From: Ferruginibacter sp.
GTDB lineage: Bacteria; Bacteroidota; Bacteroidia; Chitinophagales; Chitinophagaceae
Assembly (NCBI GenBank): GCA_043717805.1
Contig: JAYSWW010000406.1
Location: 1-44,322, forward strand
Length of the DNA stretch: 44,322 nt
Direction: 5' to 3'
Within the stretch, counting starts at the first letter, position 1. Every line of letters starts with the position of its first letter. The position numbers were made by a program, and so were the translations under genes. This document shows positions 1 through 8,102 of this stretch, piece after piece. The notes under the pieces are model-generated. The model did no database searches. It saw only the letters and a list, made by a program, of their open reading frames with translations, and was not told the origin of the DNA.

Positions 1-149
1 TTGGCCGGATCTAATTTCTCTTCCTTTGCTTCGTGTTTTTCATTGCCATTTTCATGTGCAGGTTCCTGGGCATTGGAAAAGGTTGAAAATAACACCAAGC
101 TAAGGCTGAAAACCGCTACCAGTAATGATTTGATGCTCTTTGCTGCCAT
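1..149 (-). CDS. atpB: F0F1 ATP synthase subunit a, N-terminal part (runs off window edge; absent from ORF track)
   Basis: Hand translation from ATG at 149: MAAKSIKSLLVAVFSLSLVLFSTFSNAQEPAHENGNEKHEAKEEKLDPA. A signal-like hydrophobic stretch followed by a His/Glu-rich linker resembles the N-terminus of Bacteroidota AtpB. Only 49 codons are visible. Confidence 0.6.
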   Translation of the reverse strand, partial: MAAKSIKSLLVAVFSLSLVLFSTFSNAQEPAHENGNEKHEAKEEKLDPA

Positions 150-169
150 ATCTTCCCTTAATTTTGGCG

Positions 170-177
170 CAAAGATA
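170..177 (-). promoter_or_regulatory. Bacteroidota sigma-A -7 element (TATCTTTG) for the putative atpB
   Basis: Exact TAnnTTTG match 20 nt upstream of the ATG at 149. Confidence 0.6.
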
Positions 178-300
178 AGGGCATAGTGCTAAAATCTGAA
201 ATTTGAAGCAAACTAAAAGAGATAAACCTTTAAAACCAATGAAAATCAGGTCCGGACATATCATATGAAAGGGAAGTTGATTTTCATACGAATGGAAGAA

Positions 301-2109
301 TCAGGTATCCATACCCTGCTTTTCAAACTGCATTTTGTGTAACTGGTAATAAAAGCCCTGATGCATCATCAGTTCGTTGTGGGTACCAATTTCTTTTATT
401 TCACCCTTATCCAACACCAAAATCTTATCTGCCTTTCTAATGGTACTCAGCCTGTGGGCAATAACAATTGATGTTCTGCCGCTGATCAGCTTTTCTATTG
501 CATGCTGGATCAGCCCCTCACTTTCAGAATCAATGGAGGAAGTGGCCTCATCCAGTATTAATACAGCCGGATCATATAACAATGCCCTCACAAAAGAAAG
601 CAGTTGCCGCTGGCCAAGTGACAACGTGGCGCCCCTTTCCATCACATCATAATCATAACCTCCCGGAAGCCTCATTATGAAATCATGGATGCCGATCAGT
701 TTTGCCGCCTGTATTACTTCTTCCCTTTTTATGCCGGGGTCCCTCAGCGTAACATTGTCAATAACAGAACCACTGAATAAGAACACATCCTGCAACACCA
801 CACCTATTTTAGACCTTAAAAAAACAAGATCATATTTTTCAATTGATACGTCGTCAATGCTTATCTCACCTTGCTGGATTTTATACAACCTGTTTATCAA
901 GCTGATGATGGATGTTTTTCCGCTGCCGGTATGTCCAACTATCGCAATGGTTTTTCCTGCCTCTATTGCAAATGAAATATTCTTTAACACGTAGTCATCT
1001 TCATTGTAGGCAAACCACACATTTTTAAAAGAAATTTTACCGGGCATAGTTGCGGGAATGTAATTACCCTCATTTTCAGTGTAATCCTGATTGTCTAATA
1101 TTTTAAACACACGTTCGCTTGCTATCATTCCCATTTGCAACACATTGAATTTATCTGCAATCACCCTTAAAGGCCTGAATAATAAATTAAGGCATAAAAT
1201 AAAAGATGTGATGATACCGCCAACATTGGCGGCCCTTGCATCCGGCATATGCAATGATTCTTTGGCAGCCCACCATACCAGTAATCCGATTGACAATGCA
1301 GATACCAATTCCACAACAGGAAAAAAAACCGAATAGGCAAAAATGGCTTTTATATTTGCATTGCGGTGTTGCTTATTGATTTCGTTGAATTTATCCTGTT
1401 CCCTTGTTTCTGCAGCAAAAGCCTGTACCAGCGACATACCGGTAATATGTTCCTGCACAAATGCATTTAAACCTGCCACTGCATTTCTAACTTTAATAAA
1501 GGATCTGTTTACGCTTTCTTTAAAAAAATAGGTAGCAATGATGAGGAATGGAAAAGGAATGAGACAAATGAATGTCAGTTTAGCATCTACCCAAAACATA
1601 TAACCAAGCACTGAAATGATTGAAAGCATATCTGCAATAATAGGGATCAACCCATCACTGAATATATCATTTACTGATTCAATATCATTGATGGTACGGG
1701 TGGTTAATGTGCCAATAGGTGTTTTATCAAACTGTGATAAATTAAGGTGCAGAATTTTATTGTATGTGGCTATACGAAGATCTTTTACCACCGATTGTCC
1801 AAGCGCTGCAGTAGTAAATGTAAAATAAAAACGTGTCCCCGTTTCTATGAGTAATAAGAAAACCTGGATAATGGTGATCTCAATGATAAATCCACCCGGG
1901 CCGTTTATAAACTGAGCTGCCTTTGTTCCGGTTAAACCTTCGTTGATGGTTACCTGTATCAGGAAAGGCCTGATGGGCGCAATCAAAGCAAGGAAAACCG
2001 ATAAAAAAAGAGAAGTGTAAAATTTATTTTTATAGGGAGATGCAAATCTGAAAACCCTGCGAAGCAAAGAAATGTCAAAGATTTTTTTTGCCGGGATCCC
2101 GTTACTCAT
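301..2109 (-). CDS. ABC exporter, fused permease/ATP-binding protein (MsbA/MdlB-like)
   Basis: N-terminal TM domain, Walker A GHTGSGKT, signature LSLGQRQ, Walker B ILDEATS, H-loop IAHRLST. ATG at 2109 is preferred; 2133 is an alternative. Confidence 0.93.
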   Translation of the reverse strand: MSNGIPAKKIFDISLLRRVFRFASPYKNKFYTSLFLSVFLALIAPIRPFLIQVTINEGLTGTKAAQFINGPGGFIIEITIIQVFLLLIETGTRFYFTFTTAALGQSVVKDLRIATYNKILHLNLSQFDKTPIGTLTTRTINDIESVNDIFSDGLIPIIADMLSIISVLGYMFWVDAKLTFICLIPFPFLIIATYFFKESVNRSFIKVRNAVAGLNAFVQEHITGMSLVQAFAAETREQDKFNEINKQHRNANIKAIFAYSVFFPVVELVSALSIGLLVWWAAKESLHMPDARAANVGGIITSFILCLNLLFRPLRVIADKFNVLQMGMIASERVFKILDNQDYTENEGNYIPATMPGKISFKNVWFAYNEDDYVLKNISFAIEAGKTIAIVGHTGSGKTSIISLINRLYKIQQGEISIDDVSIEKYDLVFLRSKIGVVLQDVFLFSGSVIDNVTLRDPGIKREEVIQAAKLIGIHDFIMRLPGGYDYDVMERGATLSLGQRQLLSFVRALLYDPAVLILDEATSSIDSESEGLIQHAIEKLISGRTSIVIAHRLSTIRKADKILVLDKGEIKEIGTHNELMMHQGFYYQLHKMQFEKQGMDT

Positions 2110-2137
2110 AATTGCATAATTAGCTGTGATCATTTTA

Positions 2138-2236
2138 TCCGCAGATAAAAGCTGGTAAAGTATTTGCAGATGATCGCATAAATTCAGGTTTATGAGAAAT
2201 GAATCTGTGTGATTTTAATCTGCGCTCATCTGCGGA
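2138..2236. repeat. Intergenic inverted-repeat element (TCCGCAGAT ... ATCTGCGGA)
   Basis: Perfect 9-bp terminal inverted repeat plus internal degenerate GCAGAT/ATCTGC copies (2166-2180, 2202-2233). Confidence 0.6.
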
Positions 2237-2240
2237 AAAA

Positions 2241-4469
2241 TTATTCTCCTTCCATTTTTTTATTATAAGCCTTGATAAATATTGCTCCCAGGTTTTTATA
2301 TGGTGGAATGTAATCATCCCAGCTTTCACTGATCGTTTTATTGGGGTCTGATGAAAATAATTTTGTAAGTGATGCCCACATGGTTTTCCAAACAAGCGGG
2401 CTTCCCGACTCAAAGTTTTGATTAAGATAATTCAGAATCGGCCTGTTGATCTCACCAGCTCCGATTTCTTTTGTAGAAATGATATGTGCATCCGGATTTA
2501 TATCAATGATGTCGTTCAAATTCTTGTATCCCCCACATGAACCAAGTACTACAATTTTAGCATCCCCCGCCATTCTTTTGATGGTTCCCGGCAACCAGTA
2601 ACTGTGTCCACGATGTACAACAATCGATGGCTGCATGTTGTTTTCATATAAATAATTATTCAGGTGAACCTGGGCACTGTCATCCAGGTTTGCATCATTG
2701 TCCAACGGGCGATTGGCATAAATCCATACATTTCCTTTCAGCGAATTTATTTCAACCCATTCTTTTTTGGGCGTTATCTTCCATTCTTTGGATGAAAATG
2801 AATTCAGGAACATTGGAAAATAAGTTTTCCCATCTTCATCGCCATACCAGAATACCTGTTGAACGATCTTCCCGCTTTCATCACGCAGGTTTTTATTGTC
2901 AACCTCATAAATTGATGGTATACCCAATAAACTTGTAAGGTCTATTTTATTTGTAGTGTCTGCTGATAAAAAAATATTTTTTAACAAGCCGTAGATAACC
3001 TGCCCTCTTGTATTGTGCTCATCTTTGCTGGTTTGCTCATTTTCAATAACGTATGATAAAATTGTATTTAAAAGTTTTTTATCGTTGATGCTACTATACG
3101 CATCGGCCACATCTACTGCATCTTCCAGGTTGCCTGTTTTATCAAGCCTGGCAACAAATGCCTTCATAACGAGTTCAGATTTATTGGAAGGCATGCTACG
3201 CAGAAACGTATCCAGTTTATTGAAATTAGCAGCCATTTTTATGAACTTCCTGAAATAATCAAAGTGCACAGCAAGCAACAGGGAATCGCCACTGGGCTTG
3301 GGTGCCATAAGTTGCAGCATCCTGTTAAAGCTGTGTTTGTAACTGGATGTGTATATGTCATTCTCACCCATCACCATCATATAATACAATTCCGTTGCAG
3401 ACAATGGCTCAATGGCTTTCATACGAACAGACAAATTTGACTGGTCGTGTAACGTATTGATGGGTGTGATAAAATGCTGGATCGCTTTATCTTTTAAAAC
3501 CTCCCGCAATCCATTTGGGCCAAACATGGCTATTGGTGTATCGCGTAAAGGAGGTGCCATGCGTTTAAAGTATTCGATCTCTGTTTTTACCAGCAGTTTA
3601 AAATACCCAACACTGTCATATCCTTTTTCATATTCACCAACATATCGCCGGATACTGTCTATAGATTTTTTTCCTTTTAAAATATCATCTAAAAATGGAA
3701 AATAAAACAATGCATTGGGTGTCTGGCTTAGTTTTGCAACTGTTCTTACGAGTTCATTTGAATTCCTGTGAATAAGTTTACTTTCTGCAGAATTATTTGA
3801 TTGTGCATATGAATACAATTGAACGGGATTGGATCGTGCAGCAACAATGATCAGGCTATCTGCATATGGTTTGTCTGCATAAGGCCTGATGGTTTGCAAT
3901 ATTTTATCCGGGTTTAAAGCACAAAATTTTATGTAAACAATATCCTTCGATTCCTTATAGCCTGCATTATCAGTGAATACTTCGGTATTGATCTTTGCAA
4001 CAGAATAACTTGCACTTTGTATATACGGAAGCATGCTTACTCCTTCTGCCTGGGCTTTCATGATCTTCTCAAAATTATCAACCAGGTCAGATATTTCAAC
4101 CGGGGATATCTCTTTGCTTTTCCAACCTGCCCGAAATGATTTCAACATATTTTCGATGTAACGCAGGTACCGTATTTTTTGATTGTTATTATCGATTTCC
4201 TTATTGAGTTCGATCCAGTTTTTCAGGTTATCTATTTTCCTGAAAAGCACATCCGTTACATAATTATTGACCGTTTCATTGCCACTGATGTGAAAATAAT
4301 TATCCAGTTTCCCATCTGCCTTATCGCAAAGCTTTTGTTCATTGTAAATTTTATCATGGAAATTGCGGCGTTGGAGAGGTACCTTCACAATTGTATCCGT
4401 TGTGTCGGTAAATGCATAAGTTTCAAATCCAGTCAAAAAGAAAACCAATAACAGATATAAATATTTCAT
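2241..4469 (-). CDS. Secreted hypothetical protein with a possible C-terminal caspase/CHAT-like (clan CD) His-Cys domain
   Basis: 742-aa ORF from ATG 4469. Sec-type signal MKYLYLLLVFFLTGFETYA; motifs IVVHRGHS and KIVVLGSCGG. The CDS is secure; the function is tentative. Confidence 0.75.
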   Translation of the reverse strand: MKYLYLLLVFFLTGFETYAFTDTTDTIVKVPLQRRNFHDKIYNEQKLCDKADGKLDNYFHISGNETVNNYVTDVLFRKIDNLKNWIELNKEIDNNNQKIRYLRYIENMLKSFRAGWKSKEISPVEISDLVDNFEKIMKAQAEGVSMLPYIQSASYSVAKINTEVFTDNAGYKESKDIVYIKFCALNPDKILQTIRPYADKPYADSLIIVAARSNPVQLYSYAQSNNSAESKLIHRNSNELVRTVAKLSQTPNALFYFPFLDDILKGKKSIDSIRRYVGEYEKGYDSVGYFKLLVKTEIEYFKRMAPPLRDTPIAMFGPNGLREVLKDKAIQHFITPINTLHDQSNLSVRMKAIEPLSATELYYMMVMGENDIYTSSYKHSFNRMLQLMAPKPSGDSLLLAVHFDYFRKFIKMAANFNKLDTFLRSMPSNKSELVMKAFVARLDKTGNLEDAVDVADAYSSINDKKLLNTILSYVIENEQTSKDEHNTRGQVIYGLLKNIFLSADTTNKIDLTSLLGIPSIYEVDNKNLRDESGKIVQQVFWYGDEDGKTYFPMFLNSFSSKEWKITPKKEWVEINSLKGNVWIYANRPLDNDANLDDSAQVHLNNYLYENNMQPSIVVHRGHSYWLPGTIKRMAGDAKIVVLGSCGGYKNLNDIIDINPDAHIISTKEIGAGEINRPILNYLNQNFESGSPLVWKTMWASLTKLFSSDPNKTISESWDDYIPPYKNLGAIFIKAYNKKMEGE

Positions 4470-4616
4470 CAAAAGAATTAGCGTTTAATAATTAGTTACC
4501 CGGTTGCCAGCGAAACAGATCGGCAGGCACCCGGGACTTCTGATTGCAAATATGATGCAATTTTATTGTAATGATAAATATGAAGACCTGTTTATTGGCT
4601 TCGCCGTTGCTTTTGC

Positions 4617-4684
4617 TTAACAATTTGATAATATTATAACTTTCATTTAACGAACCAATTGCTGGTTGTGATAGGTTATTTTTG
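4617..4684 (+). promoter_or_regulatory. Response-regulator promoter: -7 element plus paired nTAAyn repeats
   Basis: TATTTTTG at 4677-4684; TTAACA 4617 / ATAATA 4628 and ATAACT 4636 / TTAACG 4647, each pair 11 bp apart. Confidence 0.5.
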
Positions 4685-4699
4685 CTCAATATTAATTTT

Positions 4700-5374
4700 A
4701 TGGTAAGAGGAAATAAAATATTGATTGCTGATGATGAACCGGATATCCTGGAAATAATAGAATTCAACCTCCGGGCAAACGGGTATGAAGTAACCACTGC
4801 AAAAAACGGTGACGAGGCATTGGAAAAAGCTAAAAATATCTTACCAGACCTGATCATACTCGACATTATGATGCCCGGCAAAAACGGTATCGATGTTTGT
4901 AACCTGCTTAGAATGATGCCGGCTTTTAAAGAAACACTGATCGTTTTTTTAACAGCGCTCAGTGATGAACCCACAGAAATAAAAGGGCTGGAAAGTGGTG
5001 CTGATGATTACCTCACAAAACCGATCAGCCCCAAAGTTTTGGTAAGTAAGATCAATGCATTATTCAGGCGACTTAACAAAGATGAAACCGGCATTATTAA
5101 AATTGGCGACCTGCAGATCAACCGCGAAAAATACAATGTAAAATATAAAGAAGCCGACATTTCACTTGCAAGAAAAGAATTTGAACTGCTTTCCTTACTG
5201 GCTTCCAAACCCGGAAAAGTATTTCTGAGAAATGAGATCTTAAACCAGATATGGGGTACTGAAGTGATCGTGGGAGACAGAACGATTGATGTACATATCA
5301 GGAAGATCAGGCAAAAACTTGGCATTGATTGCATTACTACAGTTAAAGGAGTTGGATATAAATTTGAAATGTAG
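4700..5374 (+). CDS. OmpR/PhoB-family response regulator (PhoP-like)
   Basis: Receiver motifs ILIADDE, LDIMMPG and GADDYLTKP; winged helix RTIDVHIRKIRQKL and TVKGVGYKF. ATG 4700 is chosen because the TTG at 4682 lies inside the -7 element. Confidence 0.93.
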   Translation: MVRGNKILIADDEPDILEIIEFNLRANGYEVTTAKNGDEALEKAKNILPDLIILDIMMPGKNGIDVCNLLRMMPAFKETLIVFLTALSDEPTEIKGLESGADDYLTKPISPKVLVSKINALFRRLNKDETGIIKIGDLQINREKYNVKYKEADISLARKEFELLSLLASKPGKVFLRNEILNQIWGTEVIVGDRTIDVHIRKIRQKLGIDCITTVKGVGYKFEM

Positions 5375-5383
5375 AAGAATGCA

Positions 5384-5490
5384 GTTAGCTATTAGTCTTT
5401 AGCTTTTAGCCGGACAGGTATCATGAGAAAAATTGTTCTCAATAACACAGAATTAGACTAAAAGGAAATAGCTTGCATCTAACAGCTATT
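5384..5490. repeat. Intergenic inverted heptamer-repeat element (TTAGC type)
   Basis: Left array GTTAGCT ATTAGTC TTTAGCT TTTAGCC; degenerate complementary right array (AGACTAAAAG...TCTAACAGCTA). Confidence 0.5.
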
Positions 5491-5494
5491 TCAT

Positions 5495-6544
5495 ATGTTT
5501 TCACAAAAAAATTTCACCCCTCAACAACTTGCTGCATTCACAGCGTTGGTACTTTCAATTCCGATTTCAGCAGCGATCTTATTTTTTGAACCTGTATGGT
5601 GGGTAGGTCTTATATTCTTTGTTTTGATCTTTATTGGCAGCTTTGCATTGATCCTTTACACCCTGCAAACCTTTATTTACAGGAAAATAAAATTGATCTA
5701 TAAACTGATCTATCAAACAAAGGCAAGTAAAAAAGAAGAATTTTATTATAAAAATATCCTGCCGCAAAAAAGTATCGACGAAGTAAGGGAAGATGTTGAA
5801 GAATGGGCTGAGCAGCGAAAAGCAGAGATCGAAATCCTTCAGCAGAATGAGGCCTTTCGTAAAGAGTTCCTTCAAAACCTCAGCCATGAAATCAAAACGC
5901 CCATATTTGCCATCCAGGGTTATGTAGACACTTTACTAAGCGGAGCCATTCACAACAATGAAGTAAATATGAAATTTCTGCAAAGTACAGCGCGGAATGT
6001 TGACAGGCTGGTTAATCTTGTGGATGACCTGGATGAAATATCCAAACTTGAAATGGGCCTGTTGAAATTGAATATGCACACTTTTGTGATACAGGATCTG
6101 GTAAAAGATGTATATGATTCCCTTTCAATAATTTCTGATGAGAAAGACATAAAATGCATCATTAAAAAAGGTTGTGAATTGCCGCTGACAGTTTATGCTG
6201 ATAAAGAAAAGATCAGGCAGGTATTGATCAACCTGGTTGACAATGCTATTAAATATGGCAAACAGCATGGCACCATAGAATCCAGTTTTTACAATGTAGA
6301 CGGTAAGCATGTATTGATTGATATCAGTGATGATGGCGCTGGTATTGCCGAAGAACATGTTGACCGGATATTTGAAAGATTTTACCGAACCGACCTTGCC
6401 CGGAGCAGAAAAGTTGGCGGAAGCGGGCTCGGCCTGGCAATTTGTAAACACATCATTGAAGCACATGGCCAGAGTATTCATGTAAGAAGTAAAATAGATA
6501 TTGGAAGTACATTTGGATTTACCCTGCCAAGTAAAAAAAATTAA
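5495..6544 (+). CDS. Sensor histidine kinase (PhoR-like)
   Basis: Two N-terminal TM helices, H-box LSHEIKTPI, N-box NLVDNAIKY, G1 DDGAGI, F/G2 IFERFYRTDLARSRKVGGSGLGLAI. Confidence 0.93.
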   Translation: MFSQKNFTPQQLAAFTALVLSIPISAAILFFEPVWWVGLIFFVLIFIGSFALILYTLQTFIYRKIKLIYKLIYQTKASKKEEFYYKNILPQKSIDEVREDVEEWAEQRKAEIEILQQNEAFRKEFLQNLSHEIKTPIFAIQGYVDTLLSGAIHNNEVNMKFLQSTARNVDRLVNLVDDLDEISKLEMGLLKLNMHTFVIQDLVKDVYDSLSIISDEKDIKCIIKKGCELPLTVYADKEKIRQVLINLVDNAIKYGKQHGTIESSFYNVDGKHVLIDISDDGAGIAEEHVDRIFERFYRTDLARSRKVGGSGLGLAICKHIIEAHGQSIHVRSKIDIGSTFGFTLPSKKN

Positions 6545-6559
6545 TTTAAATATAATTCA

Positions 6560-6593
6560 AAAAAAACAGCGATAAAATGATCGCTGTTTTTTT
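6560..6593. terminator. Bidirectional intrinsic terminator
   Basis: AAAAAAACAGCGAT-aaaatg-ATCGCTGTTTTTTT between convergent genes. Confidence 0.85.
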
Positions 6594-6648
6594 AATTTAT
6601 AAACTTTCTGTTTTCAACCGGGAATATTTTTACAATAAAATAAGCTGA

Positions 6649-8055
6649 TTAAAATCTTGTCCAGCCCTTCCACCATGTATCCCCCGGTGAACAGGCACCT
6701 TTATAAGAAACAGCCGCAAAGCCATTTGCAACTTTAGGATGTGCAAAACTTGCTCCGGATGCTGCTGCAGATCCTCCGGCAGGATTAAAGTCAGGATTGT
6801 TATAATTGTAAGGAGCTATCAGTCCTGCATCCGTATTATTTGTAAGTATACTGTTTGCATTTGTAATTGCATTGAACCAGGCAGTAATCGTTGCCGTAGT
6901 ATTTGCAGTTATGGGAACATTTGGATTGGTGCCAATACTATATAAAATAGGTGTGGGGCAACCTGCAATGATTGTATTCTGTACAAACAATGAACCCGGA
7001 ATATTATTATCAGTAGGAATTCCTTTTGTAGCATCAATATACAAACCTGTTAGATAACCCATGATTATTGAATTGAACAAAGACATGCTTGAATTCCTTC
7101 TTATCTGTGCTCCGGCAAGGAACAATCCACTGCCTGTATTTGCCAGTGTAGCTCTTGGGCCCATAACAGTCATATTTGAAAAAACAGCGGAAGTTTGAGG
7201 TAACAAAGAACTTCCTGCCGCATCATTGTCGCTTTCAAAAGATTCACTTTTGGAAATATCTGCTACTGATGAATCTCTTAAAGCAATACCAAACTGAACC
7301 TTTCCATTGTATCCATTATCGGTATCAAAATCATCATCCAATGTGCGGAATGAAATAAGGTGTGTACAATTAACAGTACCGCCGAACCACTCAAAAGAAT
7401 CATCATTTGCATAAGAAACCTGTACATGATCAACGATGGTTTGGTTTCCAACTCCGCCAAATGTCAATCCATTTATTTCTTTATCAGGCAGGAAAGCATA
7501 TCCGGCATACTCAATGCGAACGTAACGCAGGATACCACTGTTATCTGCAGGATTTTGGGCCTGTGTTGCAGGTGTGCCGTACAATCCCAATCCATCACTG
7601 TTATTGATACCGCCTTCTATTTCACCAACACCTGCAACGCCATTAAACGATGCATTGGTTGGCGCATTGCCTAAAAGCACCAGGCCTGCCCAGTCGCCAC
7701 GTTGCGGGGTAGCTGCTTCTGAGGTAAAAACAATTGGTTTGTCAGCAGTTCCATCAGCAATGATCTTGCAGCTACGGGTAATAATAAGCCCGCCGGTTCT
7801 GCCGGTTTCACCAACAATTTTAGTTCCTGGTTCAATGGTGAGTATGGCTCCGTTTGTAACATACACCAATCCTCTTAGCTTATAAGTTAAACCTGCTTTT
7901 AATGTTCTGTTTGCACTGATACGCCCTTCCAGGATGGTATTTTCTGTTGCGGTACCAGCTCCGTTGACAACTGTGGTATTGCCATCTACTTCAATTTTAC
8001 GACAACTTAATGCAGATGCAGCAATCAAAACAGAGAATAGAAATAATTTTTTCAT
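6649..8055 (-). CDS. Outer-membrane/surface lipoprotein, probably beta-helical; partner of the TonB-dependent receptor
   Basis: Lipobox ALS-C after a basic/hydrophobic signal. Gly/Asn/Asp-rich beta-type motifs NSGILRYVRIEYAG, EINGLTFGGVG, DDSFEWFGG, DDDFDTDNG. Confidence 0.8.
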   Translation of the reverse strand: MKKLFLFSVLIAASALSCRKIEVDGNTTVVNGAGTATENTILEGRISANRTLKAGLTYKLRGLVYVTNGAILTIEPGTKIVGETGRTGGLIITRSCKIIADGTADKPIVFTSEAATPQRGDWAGLVLLGNAPTNASFNGVAGVGEIEGGINNSDGLGLYGTPATQAQNPADNSGILRYVRIEYAGYAFLPDKEINGLTFGGVGNQTIVDHVQVSYANDDSFEWFGGTVNCTHLISFRTLDDDFDTDNGYNGKVQFGIALRDSSVADISKSESFESDNDAAGSSLLPQTSAVFSNMTVMGPRATLANTGSGLFLAGAQIRRNSSMSLFNSIIMGYLTGLYIDATKGIPTDNNIPGSLFVQNTIIAGCPTPILYSIGTNPNVPITANTTATITAWFNAITNANSILTNNTDAGLIAPYNYNNPDFNPAGGSAAASGASFAHPKVANGFAAVSYKGACSPGDTWWKGWTRF

Positions 8056-8102
8056 CTTTTACTTTTGTTGGTTTTAAAATGTATTTATTTGAATTCAGTA
8101 TT

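Noticed and set aside
1-186. Plus-strand 61-aa ORF in the track
   Set aside because: Antisense shadow of the minus-strand atpB-like ORF, which has a promoter and a plausible signal peptide
2135-2413. 92-aa minus-strand ORF
   Set aside because: Overlaps the 742-aa gene in another frame and runs through the repeat element; no recognisable motifs
4492-5334. Antisense ORFs of 160 and 108 aa over the response regulator, and similar shadow ORFs across the window
   Set aside because: They lie opposite or inside well-supported genes and have no protein-family features
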